A stretch of 64,000 nt of DNA, taken from NCBI GenBank assembly GCA_041483195.1, contig JBGPFC010000012.1, positions 1-64,000 on the forward strand, given 5' to 3'. The translations under genes and the position numbers were made by a program. Positions within the stretch are counted from its first letter, which is position 1. Every line of letters starts with the position of its first letter. The stretch comes from Candidatus Eiseniibacteriota bacterium (lineage in GTDB: Bacteria; Eisenbacteria; RBG-16-71-46). The notes beneath the pieces are model-generated. The model searched no databases, was not told where the DNA came from, and worked only from the letters and a program-made list of their open reading frames with translations. Positions 1 to 14,979 of this stretch are shown here, piece after piece.

Positions 1-113
1 AACGGCCACGCTGGCGACCCGACGATCGGCATCCGCTCAAACGGCTCGCTCATCCCGAGGCGCTCGATCCGGAAACCCCCAACCGCACCCGGACAAAATC
101 ACTGCGGAGTTAA
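1..113 (+). CDS. C-terminal end of a probable IS1202/ISNCY-family transposase (truncated by window start)
   Basis: Frame 3 reads RPRWRPDDRHPLKRLAHPEALDPETPNRTRTKSLRS* (TAA 111-113). This resembles the P-x-x-x-H-P-W/L tail of these transposases, and the stop lies inside the terminal repeat. Confidence 0.5.
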   Translation, partial: RPRWRPDDRHPLKRLAHPEALDPETPNRTRTKSLRS

Positions 114-139
114 CCGGACAGAATCACTGCGTGACAACA
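1..139 (+). mobile_element. Right end of an IS1202-like insertion sequence
   Basis: Two 18-bp direct repeats CCGGACA(A/G)AATCACTGCG at 89-106 and 114-131, then TGACAACA ending in ACA (TGT on the other strand), the typical end architecture of this group. Confidence 0.65.
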
Positions 140-153
140 CGCGCGCGACGCGA

Positions 154-177
154 TCCCGGGCCCTCGCGGGCCCGGGA
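154..177. terminator. Perfect 10-bp GC hairpin next to the IS end
   Basis: TCCCGGGCCC-TCGC-GGGCCCGGGA; no U-tract. Confidence 0.35.
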
Positions 178-225
178 CCCCGGCTGCATCGAGACCGCCC
201 GGTCGGCTACAATCATCGCCCTCCC

Positions 226-1449
226 ATGTCCGAGCCGTCGCACGATCCGTCCGCCGCGTTTCGCGGCCTCCAGCGCGCGCTCCTGCGCCGTCGTCTCGCG
301 GCGATCGAGCCGCGGCTGCGCGTCGAGCTGGTGGCGATCGGCACGCTGATCGCGGGCTTCGTGTTCTGGCAGGAGCGCGTGCGCCTCGCCTCGCTCGCGT
401 TCGACCACGGACCGATCGCGGTCGCACGCGAGAGCGCGCTCACGCTCGCGCTGCTCGCACTGACCGGCGGAGCGCTCGCCTTCGCCCGCCACGTCTTCCG
501 CCTGCGGGGCGTCACGCCCGGACCCGCGTGGCTCGCGCTTCCGCTCCCGCCCCACCTCGTGCACCGGCACCTGGCCTGGGGATCGCGCACGCACGCGCTG
601 TGGGTGGTGCCGCTGGCGCTGGGCGTGCTCGCGGCGGGCCTGGGGCTGGTGCCGGGCTGGTGGCCGCCGTTGCTGGCCGCGGGATTCCTATGGCTGCTGC
701 TCGAGTCGGGCCGCGCCGGTTGCGCGATCGCCTGGCGCCTCGCGGCCCGCGCGGCGGAACCGCGGCCCGGCCTCCATCCGATCACGCGCGTGCTCGCGAG
801 CTCGGCGCGCGCCGCGCGCATCGCACGCGCCGCCGCTCCGCGATGGCGGAACGATCCGCCCTGGCGCGCGATCATGCGCAACGATCTGCTCGTCACGCGG
901 CGGCCCGGCCCCGCGCGAGCGCGGGCGATCGCGCCGCTCGCGCTCGGCGCATGCGCGTTCGGAGCGTGGGCGCTGCCGGTCGCGCCCGCGCTCGCGCACT
1001 TCGCGGCGTTCGCCCTCACGCTCGGGTGCGCGGCCGCCGCCGCCGAATGGATCATCGCGCTCGCGGGCGGCGATCCGTTCCCGGTGCTCAAGACGCTGCC
1101 GCTCCGCGTCGGCGACGTGTGGGGTGCACGCGCGGCGTGGGCGGTGCTGATCGCGCTCACGCTGACGGCCGGCCACGCGGTCGCCGCCCGCACGCTCGAT
1201 GGACCCGCGCGCCTGGTGTTCCTGATCTGGTCCGGAGGCGCGGCGCTCGCGATCGGATTGCTCGGCACCAATTACGCGGTGACGCTCTACCCGCGGGCCC
1301 ACCACGCCCAGCGGCTGCTCGCGCTCTCGCTCGGCCTCGCGGTGGCCGCGAGCCTGATGGTGCCGCTCATGGGCTGGATCGTGCTCGCCACCGCCGTGAT
1401 CCACTCGGCGCGCCGCCTGCCGCGCTGGGCGCGCATCGAGTCGGCGTGA
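226..1449 (+). CDS. Multi-pass membrane protein, probable ABC exporter permease
   Basis: Many hydrophobic helices; TGATG overlap with downstream ABC ATPase; TACAAT -10-like hexamer at 208-213. Confidence 0.7.
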   Translation: MSEPSHDPSAAFRGLQRALLRRRLAAIEPRLRVELVAIGTLIAGFVFWQERVRLASLAFDHGPIAVARESALTLALLALTGGALAFARHVFRLRGVTPGPAWLALPLPPHLVHRHLAWGSRTHALWVVPLALGVLAAGLGLVPGWWPPLLAAGFLWLLLESGRAGCAIAWRLAARAAEPRPGLHPITRVLASSARAARIARAAAPRWRNDPPWRAIMRNDLLVTRRPGPARARAIAPLALGACAFGAWALPVAPALAHFAAFALTLGCAAAAAEWIIALAGGDPFPVLKTLPLRVGDVWGARAAWAVLIALTLTAGHAVAARTLDGPARLVFLIWSGGAALAIGLLGTNYAVTLYPRAHHAQRLLALSLGLAVAASLMVPLMGWIVLATAVIHSARRLPRWARIESA

Positions 1450-2189
1450 TGCTGCGCGTCACCGGGCTCACGCGGCGCTACGGCACCCTGCTCGCGCTCG
1501 ACGGCGTCTCGCTCGAGGTGGCGCCCGGGGAGATCGTGGGCCTGCTCGGCGCGAACGGCGCGGGCAAGAGCACGCTGATGCGCACCGCGGCCGGGCTCCA
1601 GCCACCGGATGCCGGCGAGGTGCGCGTGCTCGACGCCGAGGTGTGGCGTGACCCGATCGCCGCGAAGCGTCATCTCGGCTACGCGCCGGAGGAGCCTTCG
1701 TTCTACGAGGAGCTGTCCGCCGGGGAAGCGCTCGCGTTTCTCGCGGCGGTCCGCGGCCTCGATCCCGGCGCGGCGCGCGAGCGCGCCCGCGATCTCTGCT
1801 CGCGCCTCGGCCTCGATGGCCGCACCGACGAGCCGGTGCGCGGTTTCTCGCACGGCATGCGCAAGAAGCTCTCGTTCATCGCGGCGGTGCTCCACCGCCC
1901 GCGCGTGCTGCTCTGCGACGAGGCGCTCGAGGGCTTCGACGCCCCGGCGGCGCTGTTCGCGCGCGAGGCGCTGCGATCGCTGGCGGCGGACGGCTGCGCC
2001 GTGCTGTTCTCGAGCCACGTCACCGAGACCATCGAGCGGCTGTGCGATCGCGTGGTGGTGCTGCACCGCGGCCGGGTCGCGCGCGCGCTGGGCCGGGCCG
2101 ATTGGGGCGCCCCCGCGCCCGGGCTGTCCACGCTCGAGCGCACCTTCCTCGAGCTGCTTCGCGCCTCCGCCGCCGGTGACTCCCGATGA
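1449..2189 (+). CDS. ABC transporter ATP-binding protein
   Basis: MLRVTGLTRRYG start, Walker A GANGAGKST, signature FSHGMRKK, Walker B LLCDE, SSH switch. Confidence 0.92.
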   Translation: MLRVTGLTRRYGTLLALDGVSLEVAPGEIVGLLGANGAGKSTLMRTAAGLQPPDAGEVRVLDAEVWRDPIAAKRHLGYAPEEPSFYEELSAGEALAFLAAVRGLDPGAARERARDLCSRLGLDGRTDEPVRGFSHGMRKKLSFIAAVLHRPRVLLCDEALEGFDAPAALFAREALRSLAADGCAVLFSSHVTETIERLCDRVVVLHRGRVARALGRADWGAPAPGLSTLERTFLELLRASAAGDSR

Positions 2190-3643
2190 AGCGATGGCTC
2201 TCGATGCCGCTCGCGTTGCTCGCCGCGATCGCGACCGCGCGCGCCGGCCTGCCGCCCACGCGCACCCAGGTGCTGCTCACCGAGTGCCCCTCGCGCGCGT
2301 CGTTGCGCTCGAGCCTGCTCGATCACGCGCGCCGCACCGGGGCGGCCACGCCGCTCAGCGCCGGCGAGGCGCTGTACTTCGCGGGATCCAGCTTCGAGCG
2401 CGCGGGGCGCGCCGACAGCGCCATCGCGTGCTATCGCGGGGCGATCGCCATGCGCGGCAACGCCCCGGAGCGCATCGCGCTCGCCGATCTGCTGCTGCGT
2501 CGCGGCCGCGATGACGATCGGGCCGCTGCGCGCGCGCTGCTCGACTCGTCGTACGCTCAAGCGGCCGCCGAAAACGATCCGGCCGCTGCCGCCTTCGACG
2601 CGCGCATCGCGTGGACCGAGGTGCTCGCCGGCCGCGCGGCGCTCGGGGTCGAGCGGTTCGCCGCGCTCGAGGCCGGGCTCTCCCGCGATCCGCTGTGGCG
2701 ATACCGCATGGCGCGCGCCGCGCTCGAAGCCGGCGATCCACGCCACGCGCTCCGGCTCGCAGAGCCGCTCGCGATCGCCTCCCGCGCGCAGGATCCCGAG
2801 GTCCTGAGCCTGATCGAGCGCGCGGGCGCGAGCCTGGGCGCCAGGGGACGCCTCGATGAGCGCCTCGCCCGCGCGATCGATGCGCACGACGACGGAGAGA
2901 GCGCGCTGCTCGCGGCGATCGGCGGCCGTCGCGTCCGCTTCTCCGCGAGCGATGGATTTCCACTGGGCGGAACGGTGATCGCGCCCGACGGCGCCGCCCG
3001 GGCGCGCGCGGCCGTGCTGTTGCGCGCTCCGGGCGATACGCTCGCGGACTACGACACGCTGTCGGTCGCGCTGCGCCGCGCCGGCTGGGCGGTCATGCTC
3101 CTCGACCCCCGCGGCTCGGGATGGTCGGTGGGTCCGGGCTGTCCGTACGCCGCGGCCTGGGCGGGACGCGAGGACGCGCTCCACACCCGCACCGCGAAGG
3201 ACGTCCGCGACGCGTTACGCGCGCTCGCCATCGGCGTGCCCGTGGATACGACGCGCTACGTGGTCGCCGGGGTCGGGCGCACCGCCTCGATCGCGGTGGA
3301 GGCCGCGTCGCTCGATCCGCGCGCGCGGGCGCTGGTATTGCTGAGCCCCGATCCCGAACCGGTGGACCAGGGCTCGACCCGCGCGTGGATCCGCCGCATG
3401 CAGAGACCGATCTTCTTCTCGAGCGCCCCCGAGGATCTCATGCGCTTCGCGGTGACCGACGCCCTGTATCAGGCCGGCGACCGGGCGCGCTCCCGCGTCG
3501 CAGACGCCCGCGCCGCCGGCCACGGCGGCCAGCCGTTCCGCGGCGATCCCACCGCCACCCCGCGCCTCATCCGGTGGCTGGACGAACAATGGGCCGCGCA
3601 CGCGCCGCCCGCCCCTCCACGATCAGGACCGCGATCACGATGA
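2186..3643 (+). CDS. Secreted TPR-like/alpha-beta hydrolase-fold protein
   Basis: Signal peptide, helical N-half, C-half FSASDGFPLGG...LRRAGWAVMLLDPRGSGWS...ALVLLSP. Confidence 0.75.
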   Translation: MKRWLSMPLALLAAIATARAGLPPTRTQVLLTECPSRASLRSSLLDHARRTGAATPLSAGEALYFAGSSFERAGRADSAIACYRGAIAMRGNAPERIALADLLLRRGRDDDRAAARALLDSSYAQAAAENDPAAAAFDARIAWTEVLAGRAALGVERFAALEAGLSRDPLWRYRMARAALEAGDPRHALRLAEPLAIASRAQDPEVLSLIERAGASLGARGRLDERLARAIDAHDDGESALLAAIGGRRVRFSASDGFPLGGTVIAPDGAARARAAVLLRAPGDTLADYDTLSVALRRAGWAVMLLDPRGSGWSVGPGCPYAAAWAGREDALHTRTAKDVRDALRALAIGVPVDTTRYVVAGVGRTASIAVEAASLDPRARALVLLSPDPEPVDQGSTRAWIRRMQRPIFFSSAPEDLMRFAVTDALYQAGDRARSRVADARAAGHGGQPFRGDPTATPRLIRWLDEQWAAHAPPAPPRSGPRSR

Positions 3644-4454
3644 GCGCGGCGCCCCACCACCAGCGCGCAGCGAAGCGCTCGGCCCCGACGCTCACCGCGA
3701 ACAGCAGCGCGAATACCGGCTCCAGCGCGAACAGCAGGCCGATGCGCCCGGGCGACAGCACCTGCTGCGCTGACACCTGCAGCAGCGGTGCGATCACGCT
3801 CCCCGCGCCCGCCAGGTAGGCGAACCGCCACCCGCCCGCCGCGTCGAGCGCGCGCACCTCCCGCACCGCGGCCCCCGCCCATGGCGAGAGCACGAGCGCG
3901 ATCGTGAGCGATTGAACTCCGGCCAGCGCGAGCGCGTCGCGACCCGGGCCCGCGCTCGCGAGCGCCACGATCTGGAGCGCGTAGCAGAGCGCGCCGAGCA
4001 GCGTCCACAGCTCGCCCGTTCCGAGACGCAGGCCGGAGCGCAGCGAGAGCAGGGCCGATCCCGCCAGCGCGAGCGCGATGCCCGCCACCAGGACGCGGGG
4101 CGGACGCTGGCCCAGCAGCGGCCACGCGAAGAAACCCGCGAGCAACGTGCCCGCGCAGGTGAGGAACGCGGAGCTGCCGGCGCTGGTCGACGTGAGCCCG
4201 ATGGCCTGGAACAGGAACCCGCCCGCTGCGCACAACCCGGCGGCAACCCCGACGCGCGCCGCAGCTGCGACGGCGGGGCCGCGGCGCAGCAGCAGCACCG
4301 CGTACACCGCCGAGGCGACCGCGAAACGCGCGAACACCAGCGCCGCGGGCGGAAAGCTGACCAGGCTGTCGCGCAGGATGACGAAGGTCCCTCCCCACAC
4401 CATCGTAGCGAGCACCATCGCGCCGGCCCCGGCGCGGGCGGAGCGCAGCGTCAT
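3567..4454 (-). CDS. EamA/DMT family transporter
   Basis: VWGGTFV...FARF and IGLLFALEPVFA motifs, about 10 TM helices. Confidence 0.9.
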   Translation of the reverse strand: MTLRSARAGAGAMVLATMVWGGTFVILRDSLVSFPPAALVFARFAVASAVYAVLLLRRGPAVAAAARVGVAAGLCAAGGFLFQAIGLTSTSAGSSAFLTCAGTLLAGFFAWPLLGQRPPRVLVAGIALALAGSALLSLRSGLRLGTGELWTLLGALCYALQIVALASAGPGRDALALAGVQSLTIALVLSPWAGAAVREVRALDAAGGWRFAYLAGAGSVIAPLLQVSAQQVLSPGRIGLLFALEPVFALLFAVSVGAERFAARWWWGAALIVIAVLIVEGRAARARPIVRPATG

Positions 4455-4479
4455 CGAACGGACCGCGGAGCGCGCGCCG

Positions 4480-5130
4480 TCAGCCGCGCGCGCGGCGACG
4501 GCGCGGGGCGCGCCCCTGGGTGAGCGCGAACGAGAGGCTCTCGAATTCCATCGCCATGTCCACGGTGCGCAGCGCGATGTGCGGCGGGACGAACAGCTTG
4601 CGCGGCGCGAAATTCAGGATGCCGCGCACCCCCGCGGCCACCAACAGATCTGCCACGTCCTGCGCGGCGCGCAGCGGCGTCGCGATGACGCCGATCTCGA
4701 CGCCTTCACGCGCCGCGACCGCCGGGAGCGAGGCGACATCCTGCACCTCGTGATGATCGAGCTTCACGCCGATGCGGGCCGGGTCGCGATCGAAGACCGC
4801 GACGACGTCGAACCCCTGCTTCTCGAAGCCGCGGTACGCGAGCAGCGCCGCGCCGATGTTGCCGGCGCCCACCACCCCCACGCGCCACCGCCGCTCGAGG
4901 CCCAGGATCGTGCGGATCTCCTCGCGGAGGTGCGCGACGTTGTAGCCCAGGCCGCGGCGTCCGAACGAGCCGAAGTACGAGAGGTCCTTGCGCACCTGGG
5001 CCGAGGTGATGCCCTCGCGCTCCGCGAGGCGGTGCGAGGAGATCATGCGCTTGCCCTCGGCCTCGACCTCTTCGAGAACGCGGAGATAGTGCGAGAGCCT
5101 GCGGACGGTCGATTCGGAAATGCGGGGCAT
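4480..5130 (-). CDS. rex: Redox-sensing transcriptional repressor Rex
   Basis: RRLSHYLR, QVRKDLSYFGSFGRRGLGY, GAGNIG, GILNFAP. Confidence 0.97.
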   Translation of the reverse strand: MPRISESTVRRLSHYLRVLEEVEAEGKRMISSHRLAEREGITSAQVRKDLSYFGSFGRRGLGYNVAHLREEIRTILGLERRWRVGVVGAGNIGAALLAYRGFEKQGFDVVAVFDRDPARIGVKLDHHEVQDVASLPAVAAREGVEIGVIATPLRAAQDVADLLVAAGVRGILNFAPRKLFVPPHIALRTVDMAMEFESLSFALTQGRAPRRRRARG

Positions 5131-5163
5131 GGGTTCGCGATCCGGGCCCTGCTGCCCGTCCTC

Positions 5164-5181
5164 AGGTGAATGTTTTCACAA
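5164..5181 (-). promoter_or_regulatory. Rex operator upstream of rex
   Basis: Minus strand TTGTGAA-AACA-TTCACCT versus consensus TTGTGAA-N4-TTCACAA. Confidence 0.8.
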
Positions 5182-5226
5182 TGCGGCCCCGAGCGGGAGC
5201 CGCGGCGTGCGCGCGCCGCGACCCGT

Positions 5227-7791
<2,565 letters not shown>

Positions 7792-7852
7792 GGAGTCCGT
7801 CCTGCCCCGCCCGGGCACACCGGCCCGCGGGGCGTGTTGGCGTTCCCTGCCG

Positions 7853-8439
7853 TCATCGCCAGCCCCACTCCACGCCGGCGCTCACGTAGCGGCCGGCGCG
7901 GTCGTTGAAGAGGCGCTGGTAGCGGATCATGAGGCCGACCGTGTTGCTCTTGAAGATCGAATAGCGCGCGCCGGCGCCGAGGCCGAATCCGGTCGAGCCC
8001 ACGCCCGCCACCCGGTCGCCACGGTGATCGTCGACGACGCGCGCGTAGCCCCACGTGCCGCTCGCGATCAGGGTCGGGCCGCTCGCGGGCTCGAGGCGCG
8101 CATCGAGACGCCAGGCCGCGCCGAGGCTCGAGCGGTGCGAGAGCTCCGCGGTGCCGAGCACCACCGTGGGGTCGTTCGGGTCGTGCAGCTGGCCGAACGT
8201 GGCGCCGAGGTCGTCGGCGAACGCCGTGAGCCCGAAGGCGAAATGGTCTTCGACCGGCCACAACGCGGCCGCCGCGGCCGCCAGCCCCCCCCCGTCGTTG
8301 GGAGGGCCGATGACGGCGAGCGTCGTGCCAGCGCTCACGTACAGCTCGGGGCGCGGCGCGGCGCGCCCGGCGACCGGCGCCACGAGCACGGCGAGCGCCG
8401 CGAGCAGCGCGGGGGTCGCGGGGGTGCCGAGCGCTCGCA

Positions 8440-8440
<1 letters not shown>
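7853..8440 (-). CDS. Small outer-membrane beta-barrel-like protein
   Basis: Signal peptide MRALGTPATPALLAALAVLVAPVAG, alternating beta strands, C-terminal YVSAGVEWGWR; TGATG overlap with gyrB stop. Confidence 0.7.
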
Positions 8441-11833
<3,393 letters not shown>

Positions 11834-11914
11834 CTGGTCACTCCCTGACGGGGGGGAAGTTGAAGTCCGGCCGCTAGTTCCGGGAGCTATCGCGGTGTTC
11901 ATCGGGGCGCTCAT

Positions 11915-12184
11915 GTCAGTTCGGCTGCATGATAGGCACGGACCTCACCTGCTGCAAGCACTTTCATGTCTGCTAAGTACTTGATTTTAAATAAGAAAGA
12001 GGATAGTCACAGTAGGTGCTGTGGAAAGCGTTGGTCGGTCGTCACAAAGCCGCCCAAGTACCCTGCGGCCAACGGGATGTGCTGTACCTGCGGGATGTGG
12101 ATAAACTGACGGTTCGTCAACACCCCTCCCACCCGCGCCTCCCACCCTTGAATTCTCCAGACTCTTCAACCGGTTCTGCGTGGC
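11915..12184. other. oriC core: DnaA boxes, DUE/DnaA-trio-like tract, IHF-like site
   Basis: TGTGGATAA 12096-12104 (perfect box), TGTGGAAAG 12020-12028, AT-rich tract about 11981-12000, AATCAAGTACTTA (minus, 11974-11986) matching WATCAANNNNTTR. Confidence 0.8.
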
Positions 12185-13567
12185 TCATCCGGAAGCCAGT
12201 GTTGAAATCATGCCGTTCACCTTCTCGGCGAACGCGATATCCGCGGCGATCAACGCCGCGATTTTCTCGCAGGCATAGATGACCGTCGTGTGATCGCGGC
12301 CCCCGAACATGCGCCCGATCTCGGCCAGCGAGAGCTCGGTGAGCTGGCGCGAGAGGAACATCGCCACCTGGCGCGGCAGCACGACGGTGCGGGTGCGACG
12401 ACTTCCGCACAGCACGTCGGCCTTCACGCCGAACCTCTCGGCGACCGTGGCGAGGATACGCTCGGGCGTGAGCTGCTCCGGCTCCGCGTTGACGTAGTGC
12501 TGCAACACTTCTTCCGCGAGATCGATCGAGATCTCCTGGTGCGTCAGCGAGGCGACCGCGATGAGCCGCACCAGGCAGCCCTCGAGATCGCGAATGTTGG
12601 TGTGAATGCGGTCGGCGATCAGGAGCAGCACGTCGTCCGGCAGAAGCAGCCCGCCGCCTTCCTGCGCGCATCGTCCGCGCAGAATCGCGATCCGCGTCTC
12701 GAGATCGGGCTGCTTGATGTCGGTGACGAGCCCCTGGTTGAAGCGCGAGGTCAGACGCTCCTCGAGCATCGGGATGTCCTTCGGAGGCTTGTCCGCCGTC
12801 ACGACGACCTGCTTGTGCGCGTCGCGCAGGGCATTGAACGTGTAGAAGAATTCCTCCTGAGTTCCTTCCTTTCCGGCGAGGAACTGGATGTCGTCGATGA
12901 GCAGGACGTCGACGTTCCGGTACTTGTTCCGGAACGCGAGCGTCTGCGCGTGCTGGATGGAGAAGATCATCTCGTTCGTGAAACGCTCGGCCGGCACGTA
13001 GGTCACGCGCGCGTCGGGACGAGACTGGCGCACGGCGTGGCCGACCGCATGCAGCAGATGCGTCTTGCCGAGACCGGAGCCGCCGAAGATGAACAGCGGG
13101 TTGTAGGCGAGCCCGGGTTTCTCCGCGACCGCGAGACACGCCGCGTGCGTGAACCGGTTCCCGGTTCCCACCACGAACGTCTCGAACGTGAGCCGCGGAT
13201 TGAGCTGGCTGTCGAGCCAGGAGCGACCCGCGCGCGGCGGGGCCGCCGCCGAGGTCGCGACCCGCGGGAGCGCGGCCGGCGCCGGCTGATCGTTTTCGTC
13301 ACGTGCAGAGAAGCGTACTTCGGGGCTCGCGCCGAGCGCCTCCTCGAGGCCCGTGCGCAGCAGTGGCAGGTAGTGTTCGTGGAGCCAGTCCACGAAGAAT
13401 GCGTTGGGTACTTCGAGATCGACGAGCTCGGGCCCGAGCGTCCGCGGCACGATGGGTTTGAACCACGTGTCGAAGGCCTGATGGCTCCCGATCCGTGACA
13501 GCACGGACTGGAGCACTCGATTCCAGAGGCGGTCGATCCCCTCTGACGGCAGTATCTGGACGGCCAT
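12185..13567 (-). CDS. dnaA: Chromosomal replication initiator DnaA
   Basis: NPLFIFGGSGLGKTHLL, LLIDDIQF, QEEFFYTFN, FGGRDHTTV; start MAVQILP with AAGGA RBS. Confidence 0.98.
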   Translation of the reverse strand: MAVQILPSEGIDRLWNRVLQSVLSRIGSHQAFDTWFKPIVPRTLGPELVDLEVPNAFFVDWLHEHYLPLLRTGLEEALGASPEVRFSARDENDQPAPAALPRVATSAAAPPRAGRSWLDSQLNPRLTFETFVVGTGNRFTHAACLAVAEKPGLAYNPLFIFGGSGLGKTHLLHAVGHAVRQSRPDARVTYVPAERFTNEMIFSIQHAQTLAFRNKYRNVDVLLIDDIQFLAGKEGTQEEFFYTFNALRDAHKQVVVTADKPPKDIPMLEERLTSRFNQGLVTDIKQPDLETRIAILRGRCAQEGGGLLLPDDVLLLIADRIHTNIRDLEGCLVRLIAVASLTHQEISIDLAEEVLQHYVNAEPEQLTPERILATVAERFGVKADVLCGSRRTRTVVLPRQVAMFLSRQLTELSLAEIGRMFGGRDHTTVIYACEKIAALIAADIAFAEKVNGMISTLASG

Positions 13568-13598
13568 TTCAACATTCCTTGCTGAAAGGGTCGCAAGC

Positions 13599-13854
13599 TT
13601 TTCCACAGGGTTCGGGGCGGCGAGAACCTCGTTCAATCGCAGCCGCGGGCCCGGTGGCGGGGACTGTTGTGGAAACTCTGCAGCCCACTTATCAACAATT
13701 CGACCTTGCAGCGTAAGTTGTTCAATTGTATGTGATTGAGCCTCTAGTTGCCCCCTTCACTCCACAGCCTCTCCACAGGCGTGGGATTGGGCCGGCAGGA
13801 GGGGTTCGGAGCCTCGCGGGGACGCCGAACGAGCTGCCGGATAAGCCGTTGAAT
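13599..13854. promoter_or_regulatory. DnaA-box cluster upstream of dnaA (autoregulation / second oriC half)
   Basis: TTTTCCACA 13599, TGTGGAAAC 13668, TTATCAACA 13689, CACTCCACA 13758, CTCTCCACA 13769; IHF-like TAAGCCGTTGAAT 13842. Confidence 0.7.
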
Positions 13855-14099
13855 ATAAAGGTTTTGACTGGATCGCCGGGTGCCTGGATGGGAGGCCGGA
13901 TGCGGGCCGCCTTCCGAGGGACCGAGAGGCTAGCACCGGCCTCGGAGGGCGACAAGACGTAAATTCGAGCCAGCGCTATCAGTCTATGTCGTTGCTTTGC
14001 AGTCGATTGTAGCGCCAGTTCTCGGCGACGACGCGCCCGTTCGAGAGCCCGGCTGGCGATCCGCTGGCGGAAGCGCTCCCCGAGCAGCCGCGATGGCGC

Positions 14100-14741
14100 C
14101 TAGAAAGGGAAGTTCGCGCCGATCACCAGCGTGCCGCGATCGCTGTAGGACGTGCCGAGCCGTTCCTGCAGCTCGATCACGAGCTGAAACTCGGGGGCCA
14201 TCCGAAACTCGGCTCCCAGATGCAGCGGCAACTGGAGTCCGGTGTTGTTGTCGCCGGGAACATCGACGCTCGAGTAGCTCACGCCCAGCGCGCCGTACGG
14301 AGTGATCGAGCCGTTCGTGCTGGTCTCGAAGGTGCGACTCGCGACCGCCATCGGGCCGAGCGTCAGCACGCTGATGTTGTCGCCGGTCTCGACGCCGAGT
14401 CCGCCGCCGAACGCGAGATCGACGGGCAGGGTCTCGGACGCCTTCGCCGTCGCGACCTTGAAGTCCGCGCCGAGTCGCAGCACGGTGCGGTTCACGCTCC
14501 GGTAGTCGATGCGATCGAGCCCGCCCTGAAAGCCGAAGTCGACGCCGGGATAGAAACTGAGGCGCAGCTGAGACACGAGCCCCACGATGTTCCCGCTGGT
14601 ATGCACGTACGCGCCGAAGGAGTGCGCGTTGATGGCCAGCGTCCGAGCGCCGGCGAACTGCCCGAGCGATTGCGCGGAAGCGGGGGCGGAGCACGCGATG
14701 AGTGCGGCCGCGATCACCGCGGACGCGAAGCGTCTTTTCAC
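14100..14741 (-). CDS. Outer-membrane beta-barrel protein
   Basis: GGAGG RBS plus GTG start, signal peptide ending APASA, beta-strand pattern, C-terminal IGANFPF. Confidence 0.8.
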   Translation of the reverse strand: MKRRFASAVIAAALIACSAPASAQSLGQFAGARTLAINAHSFGAYVHTSGNIVGLVSQLRLSFYPGVDFGFQGGLDRIDYRSVNRTVLRLGADFKVATAKASETLPVDLAFGGGLGVETGDNISVLTLGPMAVASRTFETSTNGSITPYGALGVSYSSVDVPGDNNTGLQLPLHLGAEFRMAPEFQLVIELQERLGTSYSDRGTLVIGANFPF

Positions 14742-14979
14742 GATCAACCTCCATGTTGTTCCGGATGCGCGGGGCGACCTTGCCCGCGCCCTGCAACGTC
14801 CCAAATTGCCGAAACGATGGTCAAGCACAAAGTCACCGCGGCCCGCGCTCCCTGGCGAATCCTCGAATGGCCCGGCGCCGGGCCTCGCGGCGCGCGGGGC
14901 CGCCGATTGCGGCTCCCCCCGGCGCTGGCTATAGTGCCCGCCCTGCGCGATCCGCGCGGCCCGTGGAGAATCCTCGCCC

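Noticed and set aside
89..131. Direct repeats as a CRISPR array or iterons
   Set aside because: Only two 18-bp copies 7 bp apart; they fit IS terminal repeats.
13908..13950. Imperfect hairpin upstream of dnaA as an ncRNA
   Set aside because: Single stem with no recognisable RNA family features.
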